NCBI GenBank assembly: GCA_043228905.1
Contig: JBHGNT010000013.1
Coordinates: 12,462,001-12,526,000, forward strand
From: Azolla caroliniana
Lineage: Eukaryota; Plantae; Polypodiophyta
Direction: 5' to 3'
Length of the DNA: 64,000 nt
This document shows positions 33,814 through 46,500 of the stretch, piece by piece; position 1 is the first letter of the stretch, and every line of letters begins with the position of its first letter. The position numbers were made by a program, and so were the translations under genes. Under the pieces are notes generated by a model that had not been told where the DNA came from, did not search any database, and was given only the letters and a program-made list of their open reading frames with translations.

Positions 33814-35530
33814 CTTAATTATGTCGTGAAGATCCGTCACTATGCGCGGATCGTGAGGCGGAACCGCCGAGGTTCTGGACCAAAAGGATTTAGAGTCGAT
33901 ACAAGCTTTGGCGAGAAAGTACTTAAGATAGATTGGGAAAGAGAGAAGTTGAGATTGCACGATTGATTTGCAAACGAATTTCTTCCTCTTAATTTTCATA
34001 AAAAAAACCGTGTTTTTCTCCTCCCCCTTCCCTCTTTTATAGATGCTCTCATGCATATGATGCATGTGAGGGTACAAGACATGCATAAATTGCATGTTTG
34101 CCATTTGGCGCTTAAGTATTACATGTGGTGCATGCTAACCATGTCACTCATTTTAGCACTCATGGATGAGAATTTACATGTAAAAGTACAATGATAGAAA
34201 TATAATTTCAACTAAATACTATGGCTTAATGGTAAGCCATTTCACTCCTAACTTGGAGGTGCAAGGTTCGAATCCATACTTGCCCTCCTTATATATGTAA
34301 ATATGTATATATTTTTATATATTTATTTTATCTAGTCGTCGGTTCGCCGGATACCGTCGCCGGATGCCGGTGCCGCCGCCAGATGCCGCCGCCGCCGCCG
34401 CATGCCGCCGCTAGATTGCGGTCGGATGCCGTCGGATCACCGGCTCCATCGCCGGTCCGGTTTTGGTTGGCCAAAACCCTTTTCGAGTAGCTAGCCACCT
34501 CCACTCTAAGTTCAAGTTACCTTGACCTCTCTATGCTCCACACATAGACACAAAGATAATATCTTTTGCTCCACCTTATATATGATGAGAGCCGTATTTG
34601 TCGTGCCTATGTGGGATATCTCACAATTTTCTCTTTTCTTTTCACAAACTTTATACCCTCATATCTTGACATTTAGTTGTCCATTTCTCGTGTAATAAAG
34701 TGCATTCGAAACCTCCATCATTTTGTACTTAGATATTAAAAATGTTATCTTCACAATTATTGTATTACATGATTCATACTCGATTTTGTACGTTTTATGG
34801 GATTTTCACACTATGGCCGAAAATCTTCACGACAGCGTTTGTCGACAAAAGACAAGACTAGTTGACTTCCTCCCACAAGAGTGAAGAGGGATTTTGTTAG
34901 GAATATGTCTCTCTTGTGGGAGGAACCAACTATTCGAGCCGACAGTCAAAGACAAGGAGTAGCCGACTGGTCGGGCTGAGAGCTGACAATCGATGACAAG
35001 GAGAGTCGACTGAGAGAGTCGACAACATTGTATAAGTGATCCAAGTCGAAGACACGACTGACTAATCGGGCCAACTGGATGGTCAACAACAAGGCCGACT
35101 AGTCGGGCCGATTGGACAGTCGACATAGGAGTCGACTAGTCGACCAGTCATTTGATTAATTGTTACTATTATTACTATAGTTTATAATAATAGTAATAAT
35201 AGTAGTAAAGGTTATATTTGTAAATAGCCCATATGATGTATAATTATAATTTCTACACTTAATAGGGCAAACACAGAGTGTTGAACAGAAGTTAGAGTTG
35301 AATAGAAACTGCAGAGTATAGTGAAGTGTTGTGCATGCAGTCAAGAGTGTAATAGAGAGTGTGTGTGAGCGGCGTCATAGCTGAGTACGGTTAGACGCTA
35401 AAAGCCCTGCTTGGCTAAATCTCTATTCCCGTGGTTTCCCCCGTTTAGAGCTTCCACATAAAACTATGTGCACTGTACATTTGTCCATTTTGTTGTTTTC
35501 GCGTTCTGTCTGTACATCTAAGCCTATCTT

Positions 35531-38500
35531 TGTCGAGAGATAAGCTCAACATCGGCCGGATCGGCTGAAGAAGCCGAGGACCGGATCGGTTGGGACCGAT
35601 CGGTTAGGCCGAACGCGTAAACCGGTACGCAGACCGGTGCGTAGGTAGGGCCGGATCGGTGCGTAAACCGAGAGGCCGTTAGGAAAGATATTCTGTGAGG
35701 AATATATTTGGGAGTTAGTGTAGGAGCTCTTAATGAGCATTGAAGTATTGTCAGTACTTCGGTCAGTCCTTCTAGGACTTGTACAAAGTGTTCATTGAAC
35801 ACATATATGTATTGTTGTTTTTTTTTTTCTTGAATATATTTTCTTGTGTTTTCTCTCCGTCTCTCCCACGTATACTGTGTAAGCTCAAGCTCTTCATTAA
35901 ACCTGAGTTTCCTTCCTTCTGTTCGGTCTTCATACTTGCTTCCGCACGCTACTTTTTACATGGTATCAGAGTGCGAGGGTTGAGAACCTCTCTGCAGCCG
36001 ATACAGCTTGACGAAGAAGAACAAGAAGAACGATGGATAGAGGCATGGCGAGCTCGTTTCCAACAGAGAAGCTCGACAAAACCAACTACGCGTCTTGGTC
36101 CTACAAGATGCACCAGTACCTGCTCGGGCACAGCTACTGGAGTTATGTCGAAGGAGCTAATGACGCGGCACCCAAATCGACACACAGAGACTTCCCATCG
36201 TGGGAGCAATCGGCGAGCAGGGTATTATACTACTTCGCGTCATGTGTGGGCGAACAGCTATTGAGCTATGTTCGGGATGCAAAGACGCCGAAGGGTGCGT
36301 GGGAAAATCTGAAGAAGATTTTCGCCGCGAGCACCACAGCCAGGAAGCTTCAGCTCCGACAGGAGTTGAACAACCTACGACAACGTGACTTGTCGGTGGC
36401 GGACTATACCTTGAAGATCAAGGATATCTGCGACTCCCTCGCCTCCATAGAGGTGAACATCGAGGAGAGTGAGATGGTCCAGATCTGTCTCGGAGGTTTG
36501 GCGTCAAAGTTCGGAGCGTTCCGAACGGCTGTGTGTACCCAGGAGAATACGCCGTCCTTTTTTTACTTATAGTCAATGCTCTTGGTAGAGGAGAACCACG
36601 CGGGTGCGTCTACAAGCACGCACACCGACAGTAGAATGTTGTACACGGAGGGAGATAGGCCCCGTGAACGTGGAGGACGACGTGAGTCGGCGCGCAATGG
36701 AGACGGCCGACGAGATCAAGGAAGAAGGCACCGAAGTGATGCCGACAGCAACTCCGGACCCTCCGGAAATAGGGGGAGTTGAAGCGATGAGAACCGTCAA
36801 GGGAAGGCCATCGCGGAGTGCTGGTACTGTGGCAAGAAAGGCCACAGGGAAAGTGAGTGTTGGAAGAAGCGCCCCGATTTGGAGAGAACCGGAAACGGAA
36901 ACGGCTCCGGACATACCGACAAGGGAAATCGGCAGCGATCGCACTACGCCGAAGACTTCGGGAGAGCCGGAGAAGGGTCTGCCTTCGTGACGAGACACAA
37001 AGAAAACTCAATGAAACAGAGCACCCCGAGATCGGACGAGGTGTGGTACGTAGACTCCGGCGCGGCAAACCACATGACGAGCCATAAGGAGTGGTTCTCG
37101 TACCTTGAAAAACCGATACAACCTGGAGTAGTCGCAACTGGAGACGACACTCCGCATCCAATCGCGAATGTCGGAGAAGTTCCCTTTAGCCATGTCGGGA
37201 AGAAAGGGAAACTCATAAACGTGTTGCACGTTCCGACAATCACGAAAAACTTGGTCTCACTCGGACAGATCGTCGACCAAGGGATGGAGGTTCGGTTTAC
37301 ACACCTCGGGTGCTTCATTGAGGAAGAAGGCCATGTGATTGCACAAGGGCGCAGAGACGGGAGGATGTTCATCCTCGACTCCACTGACGGCGGCACCGAA
37401 ATGTTCGCGAAGGGACGAAAATCCGAGTCGGACATCGACTTGTGGCACAAGCGGATAGGCCACGTCAACTACCAGTGGCTTCAAGATCTGCAATCGAAAC
37501 AGGTAGTGTTCGGATTGCCCAAATTTAGTGGCCGAAAGGCACAAATTTGTGAAGCCTGCCCGCTCGGGAAGCAACACAGACTTCCTTTCCCCAACGAGCG
37601 AAACCGGAGCCGGAACAAGCGCGACCTTATACACTCCGATGTATGGGGGCCAACACAAAACGTTAGTCTTGGCGGGAGCCGATATTTCGTCTCCTTCATC
37701 GACGACCACACGCGGCACACGTGGATCTACCTCATTGAGAGGAAGAGCGAAGTCTTCGACTGCTTTCGGGACCTCAAAGGGTTCGTGGAAATGGAAACGG
37801 GACGAAAGATCAAGTGCCTGCGGTCGTGGCGGGAAAGAGTACTTCTCTGGTCAATTCAACGGTTATCTACAACAAATGGGAATTCGGCGCGAATTCAGTT
37901 GTAGATACACGCCGGAGCAGAACGGCATGGCCGAGAGGAAGAATCGGTCAGTTCTGGAAGCGGCACGGGCAATGCTAGAGGAGAAGAGCTTGCCCAAGTT
38001 CTACTGGGCCGAGGCGGTAAGGACCGCGGTATACATCCAGAACCGGATCGGAGACAAAGTGTCGGCGCACGAGCTATATTTCGAAACGAAGCCGAACTTG
38101 CAACACTTGAGGGTGTTCGGTAGCATTGCGTATGTGCATGTACCAAAAGAGAAAAGGAGGAAGTTGGACGCAAAGGCTGAGAAATGCATCTTGGTCAGTT
38201 ACTCGGATGAGCAGAAGGGTTATAAGTGCTATAACCCTTGCACCAAACAAGCGCGTGTTAGCCGCGACGTTGTGTTTGACGAGTCCGCGTCCTGGTACCA
38301 GCCCCCGACTCCGAACCTCGACTCCAATCCGAGTTTTGACGATGAGGTCAGCGAGGCCGGGATGCCTCCGGATGAGCCCGAAATCGAGACCCGCCAAGAG
38401 AGTCTGATTTCACTCCGCTTAAGTGGACCGATTGGACGACTGAGTCGGTACGATCAGTCCGATGAAGAGCCAGCGAGTAGTGGAGACTCGGTCGTGCGTT

Positions 38501-40278
38501 CCCCACGCAGGAAGCCGAGGAGACGGCTTACGCGCAAAGAGAAAGGGAAGAAGTAGGTGTCGGATTCCGGCACAGATAGGAACGAGTCAAACCGACGCGA
38601 GTCCGACTCCGAGGGAACCGTTGACGGGTCTTTAAAAGTGAAGTCCGCGTGGACCGAGAAGGCCTCGACATCGGCTAATGTGAGATTACGCCGATCTACC
38701 TGCCAGAAGAATCTTGTTTTGCGGTTCGGATACAACGAGTACATGGCGCATCATTATGCGTACATGACCCATGTAGCGGAAGTGCGTGAGCCGGAGAGCT
38801 ACGCAGAAGCGGCAAAAGACGCGACTTGGCGTGCCGCGATGGAGGAAGAGATGCACGCATTGGCGGAGAACGAGACCTGGGACCTGGTTGACGCACCGAA
38901 GGGTGTGAAGCCGATCGAGTGTAGGTGGGTGTACAAGGTCAAGTACAACACCGATGGCTCGGCTGAGTACCGAGGAGCGGTTGTCGCGACATGCGAAGCC
39001 ATATGGTTGAAGCGGCTACTTAAGGACCTGCAAGAGGAGGTGTCAGATCCGACAACGATCTACTGCGACAACCTCAGCAGCATCCAGCTCGCGAAAAACC
39101 CCGTTTTCCACGCACGGACCAAGCACATTGAGGTGCACTACCATTTCGTCCGTGAGCGTGTCCTTTCTGGTGAGGTCGAACTTCAGTACGTTCCGACGGA
39201 TCGGCAGACTGCCGACATCTTCACCAAGCCTCTTGGTCTGGACAAGTTGCGGCAATTCTCAGGTGCGCTCGGATTGCGTCACCTTGACGTGCCAAACTTG
39301 AGGGGGAGAACAGTCCCGAACGACCAAGCAAGGCAACAGGAAAGGAGCGGAGACCACGACACCGAGTCGGTTGACTCGGTTGTCGAGTTCGACTTCGGAT
39401 CGGCTGAAGAAGCCGAGGGCGGACCCGCGGAAAAGTCCGGAAGCGGACAGAAGGGGAGCAACCAAAGGAGAGAGCCGAAGCCAACCACGCATGGGGAAGA
39501 TGACGCCATCGAGGGCGAGAAGACCAAAGACAAGTTGGAGACAGCCAACTCGGACGCCATTGAGGGCGAGAAGACCGAAGACAAGTTGGAGACAGCCAAC
39601 TCGGACGAGAGCGAAAACCGATCGGAGGTAGCCGAGTCGGTTCGGATGTTTGATTCAGATACATTGAATCAATTGAGGCCCAAGCGGAAGAAAAGGCAGC
39701 AGGAGAAGCGTCAACACCGCAACAACAGAAGAGCTAATAAGGGCCACATGAGCAGACAAGCCAACTGGAAGGGTCGAAGTGCGCGGAGTCGAACAGGTCG
39801 AGGAGCGCGAGCGAGGCGTGAAGCCAGGAGGAACCGGAGCTGTGAGCCCAAAGATCCCGAAGAGCCTCAAGTTGAGCTTGAGGGGAAGTGTTGAGAGACA
39901 AGCTCAACATCGGCCGGATCGGCTGAAGAAGCCGAGGACTGGATCGGTTCGGACCGATCGGTTAGGCCGAATGCGTAAACCGGTACGCAGACCGGTGCAT
40001 AGGTAGGGCCGGATCGGTGCGTAAACCGGGAGGCCGTGAGGAATATATTTGGGAGTTAGTGTAGGAGCTCTTAATGAGCATTGAAGTACTGTCAGTACTT
40101 CGGTCAGTCCTTCTTGGACTTGTACAAAGTGTTCATTGAACACATATATGTATAGTTGTTTTTTTTTTCTTGAATATATTTTCTTGTGTATACTGTGTAA
40201 GCTCAAGCTCTCCATTAAACCTGAGTTTCCTTCCTTCTGTTCGGTCTTCATACTTGCTTCCGCACGCTACTTTTTACA
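35531..40278 (+). mobile_element. Copia J, RT-deleted; LTRs 35531-35960 and 39889-40278
   Basis: TSD ATCTT (35526-35530 / 40279-40283); PBS TGGTATCAGAG directly at 35961; PPT TGAGGGGAAG; gag, CWYCGKKGHRESEC knuckle, WYVDSGA protease, integrase and RNase H end. Confidence 0.93.
36033..39894 (+). pseudogene. Copia J gag-pol with stops, a frameshift and an internal RT deletion
   Basis: VKYNTDGS|AEYRGAVVATCEAIWL joins the RT N-terminus directly to RNase H near 38960. Confidence 0.9.
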
Positions 40279-43200
40279 ATCTTCCTCACTGATCTACGAT
40301 TCGATCCCATCAACATCAACAATACCAAGGAAGATGATGCCATATGAAATGTTTTTAAGTTTTGTTGAGAGACAAGCTCAACGTTCGTGCGTAATACGAT
40401 GCGTAACCCAGTGCATAGACTGGGTGTGTAAATCGGTATGCATAACATGGTCATATCGGTGCATAAACCGGAAGGCCGTTAGTATAATATTCCTCGTAAG
40501 GAATAATTTTGGGAGTTAGTGTAGATCTCACTTATGAGCATTGAAGTACATGTTAGTACTTCTGTCAATCCATATGGACTTGTATAAAAGTGCTCACTGA
40601 GCACATCGTATGTACAAATTGAGTATTATTTTGAATCGAGTTTTTTTCTATGTGTTCTCTCTCTTTGTCTCTCCCACGTACTGTGCATATACAAGCTCTC
40701 CATTAAACCTGCGTATTTTCAGTGTTCGGTTTCCTATTGCTTCCGCACATAATCTTTTTCATGGTATCAGAGCGCGAGGGTTGAGAACCTCTGCAGCCGA
40801 CATAGCTTGAAAGGAAACTAACCAAGAAGAATCGGTAAAACCGATGGATAGAGGCATGGCTAGATCGCTTCCTACCGAGAAGCTCGACAGAAACAACTAT
40901 GCGTCTTGGTCCTACAAGATGCACCAGTACCTACTCGGGCATGGTTACTAGAGCTATGTCAACGAAGCAAATGACATAGCACCCGAATCGACACACAAAG
41001 ATTTCCTAGCGTGGGAACAGTCGACGAGCAGAGTATTGTACTGCTTCGCGTCTTGTGTGGGCGAACAGCTCCTGAGCTATATTCGGGATGCAAAAACGCC
41101 AAAGGATGCTTGGGGAAATCTGAAGAAGATCTTCGCCGCAAGCACCAGAGCCAAGAAGCTTCAACTCCGATAGGAGCTGAGCAATTTACAACAACGCAAC
41201 TTGTCGGTGGCTGATTACACCTTGAAGATCAAAGATATATGTGACTCCTTAGCCTCTATCGATGTGAACATCGAGGAAGGCAAGATGGTGCAGATCTCTC
41301 TCGGGGGACTGGCGTCGAAGTTCGGAGCATTCCGAATTGCTGTGTGTACACGGGAGAATACGTCGTCGTTTTTCGACTCACAATCGATGCTCCTTATAGA
41401 GGAGAACCACGTGGGTGCCTCGACGAGCACGCATGCCAACAACAAGATGTTGTACACGGAGGGAGATAGGCCTCGTGGTCGTGGCGGACGAGGCGAGTCG
41501 GTGTGCTATGGAGGCGGCCGACGGGATCAAGCAAGAAGGCACCGAAGTGATGACGACAGCAATTCTAAACCCTCCGGAAACAGGGGCAGTCGAGGCGATG
41601 AGAACTAGCAAGGGAAATCTGCCACGGAATGTTGGTACTGTGGCAAGAAAGGCCACAGGGAGAGCGAGTGCTGGAAAAAGTGCGCCGATTCGGAAAGAAC
41701 CGGTCCAGATTAGGCTCCGAACAGATCGACAAAGGAAATCGGCAGCGATCGCACTACGCCGAAGAATCCGGAAAAACCGGAAAAGGGTGTCAATCTTCGT
41801 GACGAGACACGAAGCGAACTCGATGAAGATGTCCACCCCAAAATCGGACGAGGTCTGGTACGTCGACTCCGGTGCGTCAAACCACATGATGTGCCACAAG
41901 GAGTGGTTCTCATACCTTGAGAAACCGATGCAACCGGGAGTAGTTGCAACCGGAGACGACACTCCGCATCTGATCGCGAATGTCGGTGAGGTTCCCCTAA
42001 GCCATGTCGGGTAGAAAGGGAAACTCATGAACGTATTACATGTCCCCACAATCACGAAGAATCTGGTGTTGGTCGGGCATCTCATCGACCAGGGGATGCA
42101 AGTCCGGTTCACGCATCTCGGGTGCTTCATCGTGGAAGAAGGCCAAGTTATTGCGGAAGGGCGCAAAGACGGGAGGATGTTTATCCTCGACTCTAGTGAC
42201 GGTGGCACCGCAATGTTCACGAAAAGACAAAAAGTCGAGTTGGATATCGACTTATGGAACAAGCGGATAGGCCACGTCAACTATCAATGGCTTCAGGACC
42301 TGCAATCAAAATAGGTGGTGTTCGGATTGCCCAAATTTAGTGGCTGGAAGGCACGAATTTGTGAAGCCTGCCAACTCAAGAAGCAACACCGACTTCCTTT
42401 CCCTAACGAGCGTAACCGGAGCCGGAACAAGCTCGACTTGATACATTCCGATGTATGGGGGCCGGCACAGAACGTTCGACTTGGCGGGAGTCGATATTTT
42501 GTCTCCTTCATCGACGACTATACGCGGCACACATGGATCTATCTCATCAAGAAGAAGAGTGAAGTCTTCGACTGTTTCCGGAACCTCAAAGGGTTCGTGG
42601 AAACGGAAAAAGGACGGAAGATCAAGTGCTTGCGGTCGGATGGCGGAAAAGAGTACTTTTCCGGTCAATGCAACGGTTATCTGCAACATATGGGAATTCG
42701 GCGTGAATTCAGTTGTAGATACACGCCGGAGCAAAACGGCGTGGCCGAGAGGAAGAACCGGTCAATTGTGGAAACGGCACGGGCAATTCTAGAGGAAAAG
42801 AGCTTGCCCAAGTTCTATTGGGCCGAGGTGGTACAAACCGCGGTGTACATTCAGAATTGGATCGAAGAAAAAGTGTCAGCGCATGAGCTGTATTTCGGAC
42901 AGAAGCCGAATCTGCGACACTTGAGAGTTTTCGATAGCATTGCGTATGTACATGTGCCAAAGGAGAAACGGAGGAAGTTGGACGCGAAAGCTAAGAAGTG
43001 TATCTGTGTCGGCTATTCGGACGAGCAAAAGAGTTATAAGTGTTATAACCCTCGCACCAAACAAGCGCGCATGAGCCGCGATGTTGTGTTTGACGAGTCC
43101 GCATCCTGGTACTTGCCTCCGACTCCGGACCTCACCTCCACTCTGAGTTCTGACGATGAGGTCAGCGAGGCCGAGATGCCTCCGAAAGAGCCTGAAATCA

Positions 43201-43586
43201 GGACCCGCAAAGAGAGTCCGATTTCATTTCGGTTAAGCGGACCAAATGGACGACTGAGTCGGTTTGACCAGTCTGATGAAGAGTCGGCGAGTAGTGGAGA
43301 CTCGGCCGTGCATTCCCCACGCAGGAAGCCGAGGAGACAGCTTACGCGCAAAGAAAAAGGGAAGAAGAAGGTGTCAGATTACGGCACGGATAGGAACGAG
43401 TTGGATCGACGCGAGTCCGACTCCGAGGGAAGTGACGACGGGTCTTCGAGACTGAAGTCCGCATCGGCCAAGAAAGCCTCAACTTTGGCTAATGAGCAAT
43501 TACGCCGATCAACCCGCCAAAAGAACCTTGTCGTGCGGTTCGGTTACAACAAGTACATGGCGCATCACTATGCGTACATGGCGCAT

Positions 43587-46500
43587 TGTCGTGGAGAAAA
43601 CCGTCCCTAGGCGAAAACCGGGTATAACGTGCGTAAACCAGCCCTTACACATGGGCACAAGTTTTGTTGTATAGTACGCAGATAGGTACAAGTCGGCTGA
43701 GGTGAAATCCTAGGTAGCCCGCATTCATTAGGGAGAAAATCAAGGCATATCCCTGTCTGAAAGGACAGGGAATAAACATGATGTAATGGGCGGTAACAGC
43801 CTCCCTCCTTGGGCTATAAAAGAGAGGGAGAGGTATTGTAAAGATATCACGTTCTGTGGAGGACGAAGTGCTGCCAGACTGGAACCGCGCTCTTCTCCTC
43901 TGTCTTCTCCATAGTTGTTCTGTGCAGGTTTTTAGGAGGCCGACTCTGCTCCGCAGAACGCCCGAGTGCTTCCGGCAGAGTCTCCATCTCGCGTTCTGTG
44001 TGTGTGGGTGTGTGTGCAAGTGTCAGAGCCTATCACTCGCCGGCTTACCGGTTGTAACTCCTTGATTTATATATACATATACATTCGTTCTGTCTCCATT
44101 GTTCAGAGTTAGTTGGAACTCCTGTGAATCTATGTGTCGGTGCGCATGTGAAGTACATCTGTAGTTTCCTTCCCCTCTTCTCATTCGGTTATTTCTCAGT
44201 CCAAGGCCCCCGTGGTTCCGCCTCGTTCTCCACGCACGCGCGTAACAACGCGACATATTTGGTGAACCTGATGTGAACAGGCGGCAGAGGAATAGAAAGA
44301 TGAGAGGGTCGGATCTTGCAAAAGCCATGGCTTCAGTTGTGGATCGGATAGTGAGTGTGCGCGAAGGCACAGGCGCCCTCGATAGGGCTATTGAGGCAGT
44401 CGTCGGCACGATAGGCCGGTTCGGTGGGAAGGACACCACAAGCTATTTGGAGGCTTACCGAGCCGAAATGGTGATGAGGGACATCCCAGAGGATAGGCGA
44501 CTAGCTAGATTCCCTCAAGTGGCGATGTCGGGCATCCACGCGGAGGTGCTTGAGGTACGAGCTGAGAGTCGGACCTAGGAAGAGTTTGAAGGCCGGCTCC
44601 TTGAAAAATACGAGCTTGATGACGTGCTTTGGCTATTGAAGTGATACTTCATGGAATGGGTGGAGACCCCCGAAAAGGGGAGAAACGCGTCTGTGCTCCT
44701 TCGGGAATTTGAAGAATGCTTCGCACGTCTTTCGGCGCTGGACCGGACCGTACTGGACACAAGTCGTGTCCTATTGTTCGTTAGATCGGTGGACATATGG
44801 AACCGGGAGCAAGTGGGCTTCCTACTGGAGACCGATGACGGCCTAACAACCGACTGGGCCGTGGTAAAGAGAGTATGCGGCCATTTTGACAAATGGCATG
44901 AGTGGGTCGATAAAGGCTTGACAAGGGCGGGCTCGGTTGCGACAAGGAAGGTCGAGGTACCCCCACTGGCGCGAAGGGAAGAGACCCGAGACTGGCTCGT
45001 GACCGGCTCGACTTCAACTGGCATGGTCAAAGGCTCGTCTGGAGGAGTGGCTCTGGAGGAGCTGACTCAGATGGTGAGGAACCTCCAGATTGCACAAGCA
45101 AGGAGGGACGGTGGCAAACAAGTCCGTGACCGAAGGCCTCCGGCTGGGAACCGGTGCTTGTGGTGCGACGTAGTCGGCCACGCCCGAAAGGACTGCGGGG
45201 ACTTCACCGAAGCGATAAGAGCTAACGTGGTGTACCTATGGAACGGTCGGTGCACGCTAGCGAGACCCGAAGGGCCTTGGATCTGAATGTCAGACGAGGG
45301 GGTATGAAATGGCTGATGGAAGAAGCGGCGGCGGCTCGCCACGCGGAAACCGTCCACTACTCGGCGTCGGTTGGAATCCGGGCCGGAAGTGATGAAGTCC
45401 AAAAAACGAAGGACTTCGGGTTCTGGCCGTTGATGCTAGAAGGCCTAGCCGGCATACGGCTAAGGAAAGAGGAAGCGGACCGCGCGGAAAGATGGGTCCG
45501 GGAGGTAACCGGGTGGAGTGACCCGGTCGAAGAGAAGACGGGCTTCGTGGAAGCCACGTGTCAGAACTATGAGGTTCTGGTGGAAGACAAACACGCGGGA
45601 AAGACCGGGGGGGGCGGACCCTCACAACGGTATGAGACCCGGTTCAGGCCGAAGTAGAATGATGTTGGTGCATCCGGCGCACCGAACAAGGCCAAGAAGG
45701 CCGGTTATCGGTTGAGCACAGAGATCGAAAGGTCCTGGAGGAACGGATCCTCAACAACAAAGTGGAGTTGTTGTTGAGGGAAGTGCTTGGTATCACCAAG
45801 AAGGAGTTCCACGCCTCCATCGTAGACTTGGTGAAGCGGAAAAGGCTTTCAACGGAGCCGGAGCCGGAGAAGCCGGTGGAGGTGCGAACAACGCACCTAG
45901 AAGACATGGCCCTGGAGGACGAATTGGTGGAAAGCCACTACTCGAGGCTACATTGGGCTAGGGCCACTACGGAAACCCCTGTTCGGATCGGGGACGTCCA
46001 GGAGCCAGTGATGGCGTTGGTAGACCACGGTTCGGAGATCAACTTGATGTCCATGGACTTCTACAAGAAGGGAAAGTGGCTGATCAACACCAAGCATGGG
46101 TGGAAGATACGGGCGGTAACGCGCGCCACGGAGGAGCTACACGGAGCCTGCCCGAATGTACAAGTGAAAATCGGTGATGTCGAGATCGATGAACACTTTT
46201 TCGTGCAGGAGACATCCTCACATCCGGTGATACTCGGAGAACCGTACATCATGGTGGCGCGCATGGAGACAAAGGTGTTGGACAACGGTTCAGCATATGC
46301 ACGAGTCAAGAGCCAGGATGGGCGTTACTCAGTCCAGTTCCTGACGGTGCGACCGAACCATGAGCGTAACCGCGAGACCCTTAGTGGCGAAAACTGAGGG
46401 GATTTTTAGAGAGGGCTATCAAGGCGTGGGGCCGCGATAGTTCGGACACCCCGGAAAAACCCCACAGATGTACTATAGGCAAAAAGACATGTACCATAGG

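Larger units (their letters stand above)
26951..34834 (-). mobile_element. Near-intact non-chromovirus Ty3/Gypsy element I
   Basis: LTRs at 26951-27999 and 33822-34834 with 12-bp terminal inverted repeats TGTCGTGAAGAT; 4-bp TSD GCGT (26947-26950 / 34835-34838); tRNA-Trp PBS at 33796-33813; PPT at 28000-28016; order gag-PR / RT-RH-IN. Confidence 0.95.
26632..40315 (+). mobile_element. Copia H 3' remnant (RNase H, PPT, 3' LTR 34895 to ~40315), host of Gypsy I and Copia J
   Basis: STTEAEYM...HSRTKHI RNase H at 26632-26950 resumes at 34839 after I. PPT GAGTGAAGAGGG is followed by TGTTAGG at 34895. The LTR is split by J, with TSD ATCTT. Confidence 0.75.
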
